A stretch of 63,343 bases of DNA, counting the filler, from Bacteroidales bacterium (lineage in GTDB: Bacteria > Bacteroidota > Bacteroidia > Bacteroidales > CAIWKO01): the NCBI GenBank assembly GCA_035389045.1. It is 9 parts of 9 records of this genome, joined end to end, with 100 filler letters (N's around TTAATTAATTAA, not from the genome) between each part and the next. Parts side by side here need not be neighbours in the genome. Positions count along the whole stretch, not along the records: positions 1 to 8,315 come from DAOORA010000107.1; positions 8,416 to 16,480 come from DAOORA010000108.1; 7 more parts are not named here. The stretch is one strand, 5' to 3'. Position 1 is the first letter of the stretch. Each line of letters opens with the position of its first letter. The notes beneath the pieces were generated by a model. That model searched no databases, had not been told where the DNA came from, and was given only the letters and a program-made list of their open reading frames with translations. Shown here piece by piece: positions 1 through 10,122 of this stretch. A program made the position numbers and the translations under genes.

Positions 1-30
1 TCAAATATTTATGCTTAAAAAAATAACTCC

Positions 31-663
31 TCAACTTTTCCGATTGATCCATAAAACCAGGGTACTGGCAGCAGCACCGAAAAAACACCATACCGAGAGT
101 ACATTTTCTGAGTAAAACAATACAGAAAACACATAAGAACTTAGATTCACCAGTCCAAGTATCCACATCTTTTTCACACTGGAAATAAACATGGAAACAA
201 CCGTTGGCAAAAGGTATAGTATGCCGTAAACCCAGGCATAAGGAGGTTCGTCACATACAATATATTTGATATGCAGGTTGGCTGCCGAAGCATCAATATG
301 GAAAAACATCAGGATATAAAGGCATATTATGGATAATACAAAACCGAGTACAAGAAAGCTCAGCAGGATTTTACGCCGGATTGATTTTTTCTCCAGCAAC
401 GCCATGGAAAAGGGCACATAAACAGGCCAGATCAGCCAGACAAATATCAAAAATCCTGTGATCAGCGCATGCTTCCATTCTATGTAATCCGGGTTGGCAA
501 GTACCAGCCATAAAAAGCCTTCCAGAATCTGCTGAGCGGCAAAGAATAAAGGAATAACCGCAAAGACCTTTTGCTGAAATGTCCCCGATTTTTTCAGAGA
601 TATAATTCCGGCAGCGCCTAATACCCCGCCTGCAATAAAACTAGCCTCAGCAGAAAAACACAT
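31..663 (-). CDS. Multi-pass membrane protein (DUF6629-like)
   Basis: 210 aa, about 7 hydrophobic segments, N-terminal MCFSAEASF, QQILEG and SVWCFF motifs. Confidence 0.65.
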   Translation of the reverse strand: MCFSAEASFIAGGVLGAAGIISLKKSGTFQQKVFAVIPLFFAAQQILEGFLWLVLANPDYIEWKHALITGFLIFVWLIWPVYVPFSMALLEKKSIRRKILLSFLVLGFVLSIICLYILMFFHIDASAANLHIKYIVCDEPPYAWVYGILYLLPTVVSMFISSVKKMWILGLVNLSSYVFSVLFYSENVLSVWCFFGAAASTLVLWINRKS

Positions 664-698
664 AAAAAGACTTATTCGGATAAGTAAAACATAAAAAA

Positions 699-1295
699 CT
701 ACATTTTTTTATAGGTTAATGTACCTTTTGTTGTGTATGAACCATTCTCTGTGCCATAAAATTCATCAATCAGTATGACCAGTTCCTTATTGGTAAGCCT
801 GTCGATCTGATAGACATAAGGGTACCCAACTGCATGAGTTCCCTGCATGTTTATTTCATGCTGGGTTCCTCCATCCATGGCATACAGGTAACGCATTGTG
901 GAGAAAGCCACGGTTTCTTTGTTTTTAATATCCAGTTCCTTGTTTCCGGGGCAGAAATACCAGGCGCCTTCCTCAGAATAGAAATCAGTATCATCTGTGA
1001 TGGATGAAGTATAAGTGCCGTCCCTGTTAATAGTGAACTGCTTGGTATAAACGACGGTAACAGACGGGAATCCTGGAAATCCTGTTGTTTTTTGGGAGCC
1101 ATTATAGGTTATTATTTTTGAAGTCCCGTCACTGTACAAAACAGTTTCAGTGCCTTGTTGAAGCTCCCATTTGCCTATAAGCCGGGCTTTTCTCGACATC
1201 AGCGAAATCGCCGGGTCGTTTTCTCCTTTTTTGCATGATTGTATGGCAGGAAAAGCAACCAGGGTCAATAATAAAATTAGCAGTATTCTTTTCAT
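699..1295 (-). CDS. Hypothetical lipoprotein
   Basis: Signal peptide with lipobox IQS-C, then KKGENDPAISL..RKARLIGKW and a beta-rich body. Confidence 0.7.
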   Translation of the reverse strand: MKRILLILLLTLVAFPAIQSCKKGENDPAISLMSRKARLIGKWELQQGTETVLYSDGTSKIITYNGSQKTTGFPGFPSVTVVYTKQFTINRDGTYTSSITDDTDFYSEEGAWYFCPGNKELDIKNKETVAFSTMRYLYAMDGGTQHEINMQGTHAVGYPYVYQIDRLTNKELVILIDEFYGTENGSYTTKGTLTYKKM

Positions 1296-1385
1296 GATAT
1301 ATTGAGTTTGATTATTTTTCGGCGCAAACTTACAAAAAACCTACATATGCAACAATACAAGTTTTTTATATTTTGAAAGCAAAAT

Positions 1386-1412
1386 AAAAAACCCTCCGGA
1401 TTACAGAGGGTT
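1386..1412 (-). terminator. Intrinsic terminator of the cold-shock gene
   Basis: AACCCTC...GAGGGTT stem followed by a T-run on the minus strand. Confidence 0.65.
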
Positions 1413-1443
1413 AATTTTGAAAGGCTTGTAAAAATTGGTAATA

Positions 1444-1635
1444 CTATACGCGTTTCACATTTACTGCATTTAATCCTTTTTTTCCTTCCTGAAGTTCAAA
1501 ACTTACGGTATCGCCTTCCTTGATCTTATCTATAAGACCTGATGCGTGTACGAAGTATTCTTTTTCGGATTCATCGTCTTTTATAAATCCAAATCCTTTT
1601 AATTCATTAAAGAATTTTACTGTTCCTTTTTTCAT
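1444..1635 (-). CDS. Cold-shock protein (CspA family)
   Basis: 63 aa with GTVKFFN, KGFGFI (RNP1), YFVH (RNP2) and GLNAVNV. Confidence 0.95.
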   Translation of the reverse strand: MKKGTVKFFNELKGFGFIKDDESEKEYFVHASGLIDKIKEGDTVSFELQEGKKGLNAVNVKRV

Positions 1636-1782
1636 TGTATTAATTTAATTGGTGATAAAAATTATGGGCAAAGGTAATAAAAAATAATAACATGAAAAAA
1701 TTTATTGTATTTAACATACTTTTCGATTATATCCGGCAAAATCATAATTTGATGCGCTGGAAAAAAATACGAACTTTGGCAC

Positions 1783-1902
1783 ATGGCAAAAATAAGTACA
1801 ACAAGCACAAGTATCAAGACACACATTCTTGAACTTTTAATACCGGAAGAAGTATTAGAATGTTTTGAATTGAATTATTTTCAAACTGTTACCGTTGCTT
1901 AA
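1783..1902 (+). pseudogene. Possible remnant of the N-terminal ORF of an ISAon1/ISL3-type element
   Basis: 39-aa ORF MAKISTTSTSIKTHILELLIPEEVLECFEL... resembling the LL-x-P-E-x-[IV]-L-x-x-F-E-L start of these proteins; stops early. Confidence 0.35.
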
Positions 1903-2150
1903 TCAAAATCAGGCCAGGACAAATTTTGATTTATGCTTATGACGTTAGAGTAAGTATTTGGGTTAAAAGTGCAAATGCAATTTTGGACCTATTATAGATA
2001 ATGTATCTATATAACATGAAATAAAAGTCAGAATAATCAATTATATGTTGTTTCTTTTTTTCTGCGAAACAATTCGGTTTTTTTCGGGATAGGTTAGCCG
2101 ATATTTTGTGCGCAGGCAATTCCTGGCGTGCGAGCCGGTGGTGGCGTGAA

Positions 2151-2320
2151 TCAGAAAACATTTGAAAATCTGCAAAGGCCCCGCCACAGGCGGGGTATCC
2201 CGACGCAGCATAGCTGGTCGGGACTGCTTTGCATAGATTTTCAATGTTTTCTGAGAGCGGGCTGAAGCATTCGCCAAGATGTCCTTTTTTGATTACTTTT
2301 TTGGACACGCAAAAAAGTAA
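2151..2320. repeat. Composite palindromic REP/MITE-like element, copy 1
   Basis: Long stem 2151-2177/2227-2254 with nested hairpins and a terminal TTACTTTTTTG..CAAAAAAGTAA hairpin; 2189-2320 recurs at 47854-47985. Confidence 0.8.
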
Positions 2321-2447
2321 TACAGAAAAGTAATATTGTTACAAGAATCTGTTCGGATTTTATATACCAGCACCTTAAAAAAAGAAATTGCCTTATATCC
2401 GTAGGATTTAATTTCAAAAAAAATCTATTTTTACATTTTGATTTATT

Positions 2448-5400
2448 ATGGCTGAACCGAATAAAAAATTTATCATTTATAAAGCTTCTGCAGGATCCGG
2501 TAAAACATACACTCTTGTAAAAGAGTACCTGAAAATTGTTTTGACCAATCCGGCAAAATACCGCAATATTCTTGCGGTGACTTTTACGAATAAAGCTGCC
2601 TACGAAATGAAAAGCAGGGTAGTCGCTTTTCTGACGATGCTTTCAGCGATAAATGATGAACCTGCCGGAAATAAAAAAAAAGAAACAGAGAAATATGGCA
2701 AAATGATCAGCGAACTATCCGCCGCTACCGGATTAGATGTATCCGAATTGTCAGTCAATGCAAAAATTGTATTACAAAGAATACTTCACAATTATTCTGA
2801 TTTTGCCATCAGCACTATCGACAGCTTTGTTCAGAAAATAATCAGAACCTTTGCCTATGACCTGAAACTATCACAGAGTTTTCAGGTCGAACTCGATTCC
2901 AAGCGCATATTGTCCGAAGCGGTGGATGTTATGATCAGCTGTGCAGGCTCTGATGATGATGTTACCAAAATGCTCATCGAATTTATAAAACAAAAAATGG
3001 ACGATGGCGAGAACTGGGACATCGAAAAAGATCTGAAAGTCTTTTCAGAACAACTGCTGAAAGAGGATACGCAAAAATATATCGGTTTGTTCAGCAGCAT
3101 GAGCCTGACAGATTTTGGGAAAGCCATAAGCGGTGCTTTAATGCGGCGAAAAGTTACTGATCATAAGGCCGTGGCAATTGCTCAGGGGATTTTAAAAACA
3201 ATTGAGAGCAATAATATCGGGTTTAAAAGTTTTTTTCAGGGAACCAAAGGGATACCCGGCTTTTTTATGCGGATAGCCAATGGCGGACTTGGCGCTGCTT
3301 CAACTAATTCATACTGCGACAAAGCCATTAATGATGATGTCTGGTACAGCAAGACGCTGGAGGAAAGTGAAAAGAATAAAATTGATAGTATAAAGGATCG
3401 GATCGCAGAAGTCTATTTGTCAATCATTCCGATGATCAGGGAGTATCTTGATCTGACACTTCTCATAAAAAGTCTTTATCCCTTATCCCTGCTGAGCAGG
3501 ATTGAAAAAGAAACACAAACCATTAAAGACGAAGAAAACATTGTATTTATCAGCGATTTCTATCGTAAGATTCATGAACAGTTGCTTAATGAACCCGTGC
3601 CATTCATCTATCAGAGAGCCGGAGAAAAATATGAACATTTTTTTATTGACGAGTTTCAGGATACCTCCGTACTGCAGTTCCAGAATATGCTCCCGCTTAT
3701 CGATAATTCCCTTGCTTCAGGTTATGCCAACCTGATCGTCGGAGACGGCAAACAGGCTATTTACCGCTGGCGCAATGGGGAAGTCATGCAGTTTGTGCAG
3801 TTGCCCGGTATATACCACAAACCAGCTTTCCCTCATTTTGATGAAATCGAGAAAACCATCGGACGTAACATCATTGAATACCACGACTATGAGGCCGGGG
3901 TTGAAAATATCAACTACCGCTCAAAATCTGAAATTGTGAATTTTAACAATGTGCTGTTTGGTTTCCTTGCTGATGAGATACTTGCCGGAGACAAAAAAGG
4001 GATTTACCAGTGCAGCGATCAGAAGGCCAAACCCGGTAATGAAGGGGGATTCGTACAGATCAGATTCTTTGAGAAGGGAACCGATTACTCCGAAAATCAG
4101 TTGAACTATATTACGGAAAAAATCTCCGGGTTGATACAAAAAGGCTGCTTCTTAAAAGATATCGCTGTGGTTTGCCGTGCCAACCAACAGGCAGCAGACA
4201 TTGCATCGCATCTCCTGCGGAACGGTATCGACGTGGTTTCTGCAGAATCTCTGCTGTTGAGATCTTCACCAAAAGTGAATTTTTTAATGTCCGTGTTCAG
4301 GTATCTGAATGACCCCGGTGACGAACTGGCGGCAGCTTTTATTTTATTTTACCTGCAGAAAAATTTTTATAAAGATGTCACCCTGAACAGTCTGATCAAT
4401 AAGTATAATAAGGTAAAGAAAAATCACAACAGATACCCCCTGCAAAGAATCCTTGATGAATTCAAAACAGGACTTAATGTCGAAAAGATCGCACTCATGC
4501 CTCTTTATGACCTGTCGGAATCTCTTATCAGAACCTTTGGCTTTAACGCCACCGCCGATCCGTTCATCATATACTTTATTGATGCGGTAAATGAATTTGT
4601 ATGCGGGAATACTCCCGGGTTGCAGGATTTTATTGTCTGGTGGGATGAAAAAGGTTCTGAAAAATCCATTGTGGTGCCCGACATGCTTGACGCGGTGAAG
4701 GTACTTACCATTCACAAAGCAAAAGGACTCGAATTTCCGGTGGTCATTTACCCGTTCGCCGATGAAACTGTAAATACCAGGGGCGCTACAGCATGGGTGG
4801 AAAACGACTCGGATAAATGTCCTGAAATCAAGGCATTTCCCGTGAACCTTACCCAAAAAGGACTGGCAGGAACATCTTTTGAAGACTATTACGAACAGGA
4901 AAAAAACAGTGCGGAACTCGATATGCTTAATATCTGTTATGTGGCGCTTACACGTGCCGAAAATCAGTTGTATATCCTGTCGAAAAAATATGAAAAAGAC
5001 GGCAGCAGTTTTGGCTCTATGTTAAAGAAGTACCTGATTTCCATCGATAAGTGGGATGAGGACACGGATGTTTATGAGTTTGGAGTTCCTCCTGTGCCTG
5101 AGGGACATAAAGAGAAAAAGAAGGAAAGCAATGTGATGATCCCGGACAAGATTATTTCAACGGACTGGCCTGGCAAAATGGTTATTAAATATAATTCGTC
5201 AATATTGTGGCAGGATGATGAAACCGCCAAACGTATTTCATGGGGTAAAATTATTCATAGGGTTTTATCTGAAATACGTCAGCGGGAGGATACCCCTGAT
5301 GCAGTCAGGAAAATGGTTTTCGAAGGTCTTATCGGTAATACCGAAGCTGAAAAGATAAATAAGTATATTAACGAACTGCTGGACCATCCTGATTTTAAAA

Positions 5401-5654
5401 AGTTTTTTCAACCGGGTCTTCATGTATTGACAGAAGCGGAAATTCTTACTCCTGCCAATGAGGTTTATCGTCCCGACCGCATCATATTTGAAAAAGAAAA
5501 AAATATTGTCATTGATTTTAAAACCGGTGCAGAGACAGACAGTCATAAAACACAGATCAGCAATTACGCTGATTTATTGACCGGGATCAATGGCAAACCC
5601 TGTGAGAAATACCTGGTGTACCTCCGTAAAGAGTTGCTTTTCGAAAAAGTGTAA
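2448..5654 (+). CDS. addA: UvrD-family helicase with C-terminal PD-(D/E)XK nuclease (AddA-like)
   Basis: ASAGSGKT, TFTNKAA, DEFQD, GDGKQAIYRWR, TIHKAKGLEF, YVALTRA; C-terminal RPDR..IDFKTG..Q...Y. Confidence 0.85.
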   Translation: MAEPNKKFIIYKASAGSGKTYTLVKEYLKIVLTNPAKYRNILAVTFTNKAAYEMKSRVVAFLTMLSAINDEPAGNKKKETEKYGKMISELSAATGLDVSELSVNAKIVLQRILHNYSDFAISTIDSFVQKIIRTFAYDLKLSQSFQVELDSKRILSEAVDVMISCAGSDDDVTKMLIEFIKQKMDDGENWDIEKDLKVFSEQLLKEDTQKYIGLFSSMSLTDFGKAISGALMRRKVTDHKAVAIAQGILKTIESNNIGFKSFFQGTKGIPGFFMRIANGGLGAASTNSYCDKAINDDVWYSKTLEESEKNKIDSIKDRIAEVYLSIIPMIREYLDLTLLIKSLYPLSLLSRIEKETQTIKDEENIVFISDFYRKIHEQLLNEPVPFIYQRAGEKYEHFFIDEFQDTSVLQFQNMLPLIDNSLASGYANLIVGDGKQAIYRWRNGEVMQFVQLPGIYHKPAFPHFDEIEKTIGRNIIEYHDYEAGVENINYRSKSEIVNFNNVLFGFLADEILAGDKKGIYQCSDQKAKPGNEGGFVQIRFFEKGTDYSENQLNYITEKISGLIQKGCFLKDIAVVCRANQQAADIASHLLRNGIDVVSAESLLLRSSPKVNFLMSVFRYLNDPGDELAAAFILFYLQKNFYKDVTLNSLINKYNKVKKNHNRYPLQRILDEFKTGLNVEKIALMPLYDLSESLIRTFGFNATADPFIIYFIDAVNEFVCGNTPGLQDFIVWWDEKGSEKSIVVPDMLDAVKVLTIHKAKGLEFPVVIYPFADETVNTRGATAWVENDSDKCPEIKAFPVNLTQKGLAGTSFEDYYEQEKNSAELDMLNICYVALTRAENQLYILSKKYEKDGSSFGSMLKKYLISIDKWDEDTDVYEFGVPPVPEGHKEKKKESNVMIPDKIISTDWPGKMVIKYNSSILWQDDETAKRISWGKIIHRVLSEIRQREDTPDAVRKMVFEGLIGNTEAEKINKYINELLDHPDFKKFFQPGLHVLTEAEILTPANEVYRPDRIIFEKEKNIVIDFKTGAETDSHKTQISNYADLLTGINGKPCEKYLVYLRKELLFEKV

Positions 5655-5736
5655 TGTTAAGATATTGGTGATCACAGGTTCCGGCTTGATGATTGATGTT
5701 GAAACCGATGAGAAATAAAAATCTGCAAAAAAACAA

Positions 5737-6492
5737 ATGCTACCATTGAGCAATTTCGATGTTCAGTTCTGCCTCAGGCATTATGAGATGAGCAAATACG
5801 GCGAAGCTACGCCCGAAACCATGCTGGCCATGCTGGAGGAGGCTGCAGCGGAACATTGCTATGAAATACAGAATGACCTTTTCAAACTGCAAAGGCAGAA
5901 CATCGGATGGGTACTGGTTTCGGGAGGCTTGCAAATGATACGCTATCCGTTGTACAAAGAAATAATAAAAATCAGGACATGGCTGTCGGGCTTCTCGGCG
6001 GTAAGAGGAATAAGGGAAAACATCATCTTTGATTCGGATAATAACATTATAGGCAGGGGACGGGGATTATGGCTTTTTTTCGACATAAACCGCCGCCGGC
6101 CTGTACCTATTTGGGAAGAGATCAAAGAAAAATGGTACATAAACCCGGAGATTTCGTCCGGTCATGACCTGATGTCGAAGATGAAACCGGTTGATAAGTC
6201 AGATTACTCTAATGAGATCAGGGTGCGTTCTTCAGAGATCGACATATACCACCACGTGAACAATGTGATGTACCTGCACTGGCTTATTGATTCCGTTCCC
6301 GATACTATTTTGGACAACAATTTCTTACAGGATATACAGGGCCGGTTCATTGCCGAGATAAAATACGGGGATAACATCGTGTTTTTGACGGAAGAAGTGG
6401 CTGTGCAAAATGTCTTCAGACATACCATAATTAACCGGGATACGAACAAGGTATGTGCCGTTGCTACTACGGTTTGGGGGCTTAGAAAATAA
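5737..6492 (+). CDS. Acyl-ACP thioesterase (FatA/B-like double hotdog)
   Basis: 251 aa with the DIYHHVNNVMYLHW catalytic motif and IKIRTW. Confidence 0.9.
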   Translation: MLPLSNFDVQFCLRHYEMSKYGEATPETMLAMLEEAAAEHCYEIQNDLFKLQRQNIGWVLVSGGLQMIRYPLYKEIIKIRTWLSGFSAVRGIRENIIFDSDNNIIGRGRGLWLFFDINRRRPVPIWEEIKEKWYINPEISSGHDLMSKMKPVDKSDYSNEIRVRSSEIDIYHHVNNVMYLHWLIDSVPDTILDNNFLQDIQGRFIAEIKYGDNIVFLTEEVAVQNVFRHTIINRDTNKVCAVATTVWGLRK

Positions 6493-6584
6493 ATGTCCCG
6501 GATCACGTTTACGTGCCGGTCTGGCCATTCACGCTTTTCATAGTAAAACTTAACTTCAATCATTATAATAATAAATCAAAAAAG

Positions 6585-6920
6585 ATGTCTCAATTATTTC
6601 CCCCTTTCATTGCCGGCCTGCCCGAAGCCGATATGCCTGTCAGAGGCGTAAAAGCATACCTGTCGCAGGCATCGAACCACCAGGTCATTTTTATGTAGTT
6701 TTCTGAAAATACCGAAGTGCCTGAACATTCGCATGCAGGCCAGTGGGGTGTTGTGCTGGAAGGCACGATAGAGCTGACCATCGGTGGCGTGAAAAGCGCC
6801 TTTGTCAAAGGCGACAGGTTTGTGATAGGAGAAGGCGTCAGGCACTCGGCAAAAATTTTTGCAGGCTATGCTTCTATAGAGTACTTTAACCAGAACGACC
6901 GGTATAAGAAAAAGATATAA
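6585..6920 (+). pseudogene. Cupin-domain protein with an in-frame TAG at 6696-6698
   Basis: MSQLFPP...QVIFM*FSENTEVPEHSHAGQWGVVLEG...GVRHSA reads in one frame; cupin motifs intact. Confidence 0.8.
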
Positions 6921-6935
6921 GCGGGCGTACTGACC

Positions 6936-7547
6936 TTAAAGCCCTTTCTGGTCAAGGTATTGTTTAAGCAATTTGGCCACATATTTGCCAAACACGTCGA
7001 ACTCAATGTTGATCACGGTGCCTTTTATAAAATTGTGAAAATTGGTTACCTGATACGTGTAAGGTATAATGGCCACAGAAAACTGCCCCGGCAGGGAGTC
7101 CACCACCGTAAGGCTTACACCGTTAACAGAAATAGAACCCTTCTCCACGGTAATATTTTGTCTCGAAACGTCGTAATCAAACCAGAATTTCCAGCTTCCG
7201 TCCATCTCTTCCACTTTGCTACATACAGCGGTCTGGTCAACATGCCCCTGCACAATATGCCCGTCGAAACGTGCTTCCATTCTCATGCTGCGTTCAAGGT
7301 TTACCTCATATCCCTTGTGCCAGTGACCGAGATTCGTTTTATCCAGGGTTTCCTGTATAGCCGTGACGACATATTGTGATTTGTCAGGGTCAACCTCGAC
7401 TACGGTGAGGCAAACACCGTCGTGGCACATACTTTGGTCGGTTTTGAGTTCTTTTGCGATGGGGGTTTCGATGGTAATATGAATATTGGTACGGTCGCGT
7501 TCTATATTTACGACCTTTCCGGTAGTTTCTACGATTCCTGTGAACAT
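6936..7547 (-). CDS. ribE: Riboflavin synthase (alpha-chain type)
   Basis: MFTGIVE start, GVCLTV, VNLER, GHIVQGHVD, GVSLTV. Confidence 0.95.
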   Translation of the reverse strand: MFTGIVETTGKVVNIERDRTNIHITIETPIAKELKTDQSMCHDGVCLTVVEVDPDKSQYVVTAIQETLDKTNLGHWHKGYEVNLERSMRMEARFDGHIVQGHVDQTAVCSKVEEMDGSWKFWFDYDVSRQNITVEKGSISVNGVSLTVVDSLPGQFSVAIIPYTYQVTNFHNFIKGTVINIEFDVFGKYVAKLLKQYLDQKGL

Positions 7548-7812
7548 GGTCTTGTATTTTAAAATTGCAGGGCAAAATTAGAAAAAAAATATGTTCCTTT
7601 TCTGAGAAACAAAATATTAAAATATCGCTTTTGTGAAATCTTTCAGAGCCCGGCAAAGGAATATTGATATTACGAAAAGCTATTGCATAAAGGAAATAAG
7701 TAATGAGGTGTTTTTTCTTAACTGAATATCGGCCTGATCAATAGCTAGTATTATTCGTTATGGAACGCTTAGTATAATTTAAAATGCCTAATTTTGAAAT
7801 AAATTTTCTAAG

Positions 7813-8250
7813 ATGAAACTCCGTCCGGCACTTTTTTCAATTTTTTTTGTTTCAGTTATTCTGACTTTTGCTGTGTATCTGGTTTCCTGCAAAACAGCCC
7901 AAAGAAAAGAAAACAAACCGGCTGCGGTAGCCACAAGATTTTTGAAGCACCTCAGGGCGTTTGAATTTGAAGAAGCCCGGAAACTGGGCACAGAAAGCAC
8001 GGGCAAAATGCTTGACATGTTTTCGTTGATGATGGAACTGAGTAAAAAGAACGGTAAAGACCCCGGTCTTGAGAAAAAAGACATGGAGATCGATGTTGTG
8101 AAAACAGCCATTGACGGTAAAATTGCCGTGGTGACTTATAAAAACGAAGAAGGAAAAGAACAGCAGATAGAGCTTGTTAAAGAAAAAGGAAAATGGCTGG
8201 TAAACATGAAAAAAGAAATGCCCGTCTTAACTCCCGGGAATAAAGGATAG
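7813..8250 (+). CDS. Lipoprotein (DUF4878-like)
   Basis: Lipobox LVS-C; P..VA..FL; C-terminal LVKEKGKWLV. Confidence 0.65.
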   Translation: MKLRPALFSIFFVSVILTFAVYLVSCKTAQRKENKPAAVATRFLKHLRAFEFEEARKLGTESTGKMLDMFSLMMELSKKNGKDPGLEKKDMEIDVVKTAIDGKIAVVTYKNEEGKEQQIELVKEKGKWLVNMKKEMPVLTPGNKG

Positions 8251-8260
8251 TTTTACATTA

Positions 8261-8315
8261 CCTAACAGCCTAACAGTCTAACAGCCTAACAGCCTAACAG
8301 CCTAACAGTCTAACA
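8261..8315. repeat. 8-bp tandem repeat (C/T)CTAACAG, about 7 units, running into the contig end
   Basis: Read directly from the sequence. Confidence 0.9.
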
Positions 8316-8415
8316 NNNNNNNNNNNNNNNNNNNNNNNNNNNNNNNNNNNNNNNNNNNNTTAATTAATTAANNNNNNNNNNNNNNNNNNNNNNNNNNNNN
8401 NNNNNNNNNNNNNNN
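8316..8415. other. Artificial contig linker; others at 16481-16580, 24625-24724, 32681-32780, 40611-40710, 47754-47853, 53529-53628, 59278-59377
   Basis: 100 nt of N with a central TTAATTAATTAA six-frame stop. Confidence 0.98.
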
Positions 8416-8526
8416 TTAAAAAACTATAGTATCATGGCTGAACAAGAAAAAATTAATTTTTTTATGAGCTTCATATTCATGATTTATACGCATGGTTTTA
8501 TTCCGTGAAAAGCTGTGATTAAGTAT

Positions 8527-9798
8527 TTATCCTTCAAGCACACAAACCAGTTCAGGAATCACCTCAAGGGTGTTCTCGTCTCTTATGCGGTCTAAAGATT
8601 CCGTAAAATCTTTAAATAAACGAGCGTTTTTTTTATTCCAGGGCGTTTCAAGATGGCTGAACAAAGAGGTGAACTGCTGCCTTAATCCAACTCCGTATTT
8701 TTGTTCATAATGGTCAATATAGGTATCCATTTTGTTTCGTATGTCTTTTCTGACCTCATCCGGGAGGATGCTGACATGAAAAATTTCAGGAATAGTTATA
8801 ACGTTAAAATTGAAATTCTGCCACCATTTATCAGCATGATTAATGATACCTGTTTCGGTCAGGTAATCAATTAAATCTGTGATGGTAAAAATATTCATTG
8901 CACTTACCGAAATATTGGGCATGATAAAAACGCCTACCTGGTTAACGGCCTTCAGGTTAGCTTCAATTGTACTCCATTTTGTGCCACTGCGGATCAGTTC
9001 GGCACGCCGGCCTGTAGCGTCTATACTTGGCAGCAAAGTAACCCTGTCACCCCATTTAGTCCAATAATCCAGGGCATTCTTATTTTTGTACTTTAATACA
9101 CTCAGATTGGTAGAATAAGTCAATAACACATCATATCTTTTATGCTCATCAAGCAAGTCGAGTATCTGCCAATGTTCATCCATAAGCAGCGGTTCTCCGC
9201 CTGCAAAGTAAATCTGCTCCACCGTGGAGAGATTTTTTCTCACAAAATCCAAATAATTGATACGGTTTACAGATTTTATATTTACTGGTTGCTCAAGTGT
9301 ATCCTCACTAATCCATCCCAGTTTTTTGGCATCATACAGCCATCCGCTGGAAGATTCAAAACTGCAGGTACGGCATTTAAAATTACACCGGTTGCTGAAA
9401 CGAAAATCCCAGTACTTTAGCTCTACTTTCTCTAAGCTCCCGTCAGGTCTTGTGATTTGAGGAATCTTCTTAAACTTATCAGCAAAATGACCGTTTTGCA
9501 GCGTCCGGATACTCGAACCACATACCCGTTCATCATCAAAACAACGTCGGCACATTTCAGGTTCTATACCCTTAAGCATCTTCTTTCGCATAGTTCTCAA
9601 AAAACGTCCGTTCCAAACTTCTTCTATGGTTTGTTTGTTAAGATCTCCTGCATAATTCTTATGATCGAGTGTCATACAGCATTGCAGGACTTTACCATTG
9701 GGCCTGATATTCAAATGTACCCACGGTAATACACAGATTGTATCTTCCGGCCTCTTTTTTATTTGGTCGGGTTTAAAAAACCTATGAAAATTGCTCAA
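8527..9798 (-). CDS. Radical SAM protein with N-terminal twitch/SPASM domain, paralog A
   Basis: CVLPW..QCC..CRRC at the N-terminus; CNFKCRTC; FAGGEPLL; TTG start. Confidence 0.85.
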   Translation of the reverse strand: MSNFHRFFKPDQIKKRPEDTICVLPWVHLNIRPNGKVLQCCMTLDHKNYAGDLNKQTIEEVWNGRFLRTMRKKMLKGIEPEMCRRCFDDERVCGSSIRTLQNGHFADKFKKIPQITRPDGSLEKVELKYWDFRFSNRCNFKCRTCSFESSSGWLYDAKKLGWISEDTLEQPVNIKSVNRINYLDFVRKNLSTVEQIYFAGGEPLLMDEHWQILDLLDEHKRYDVLLTYSTNLSVLKYKNKNALDYWTKWGDRVTLLPSIDATGRRAELIRSGTKWSTIEANLKAVNQVGVFIMPNISVSAMNIFTITDLIDYLTETGIINHADKWWQNFNFNVITIPEIFHVSILPDEVRKDIRNKMDTYIDHYEQKYGVGLRQQFTSLFSHLETPWNKKNARLFKDFTESLDRIRDENTLEVIPELVCVLEG

Positions 9799-10122
9799 TA
9801 TATATATTTTTAAACAAAATTACTGTTTTATTCTGAGACTAAAAAAACCGGCCTTGGAAACTACAATATTACAGGATTTGCCTGGATACTATTTTAATGG
9901 AATTGATCAGGATGGTAAAAGCTTCAGAAATGCAACAAGTGAAAAGTAACGAAGGCGGAAAACTCTGATTTTTAATTGTTTCCTGTCAGATTAAACAAGC
10001 AGGTAAGTCATTATTTCGAAACAACCCGATTGCATCAAAAGTTAATTATTTTGTTCACTTTTTGTGAAATATGATGCTTCAACTGTTGCTATTAATAATT
10101 GAGGGCTTAACAATTTAAGTAT

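Noticed and set aside
1937..2308. ORFs over repeats (also 32792-33189, 41719-42165, 51125-51556)
   Set aside because: They are translations of palindromic repeats or antisense to real genes, with no recognisable motifs.
6696..6698. Genome-wide TAG recoding
   Set aside because: Several conserved genes end normally at TAG; only one internal case occurs in an otherwise intact gene.
7548..7810. FMN riboswitch upstream of riboflavin synthase
   Set aside because: No FMN aptamer consensus is visible; the region is AT-rich.
8316..8415. Recurring TTAATTAATTAA within N runs
   Set aside because: Artificial linker; gene order across the gaps is not informative.
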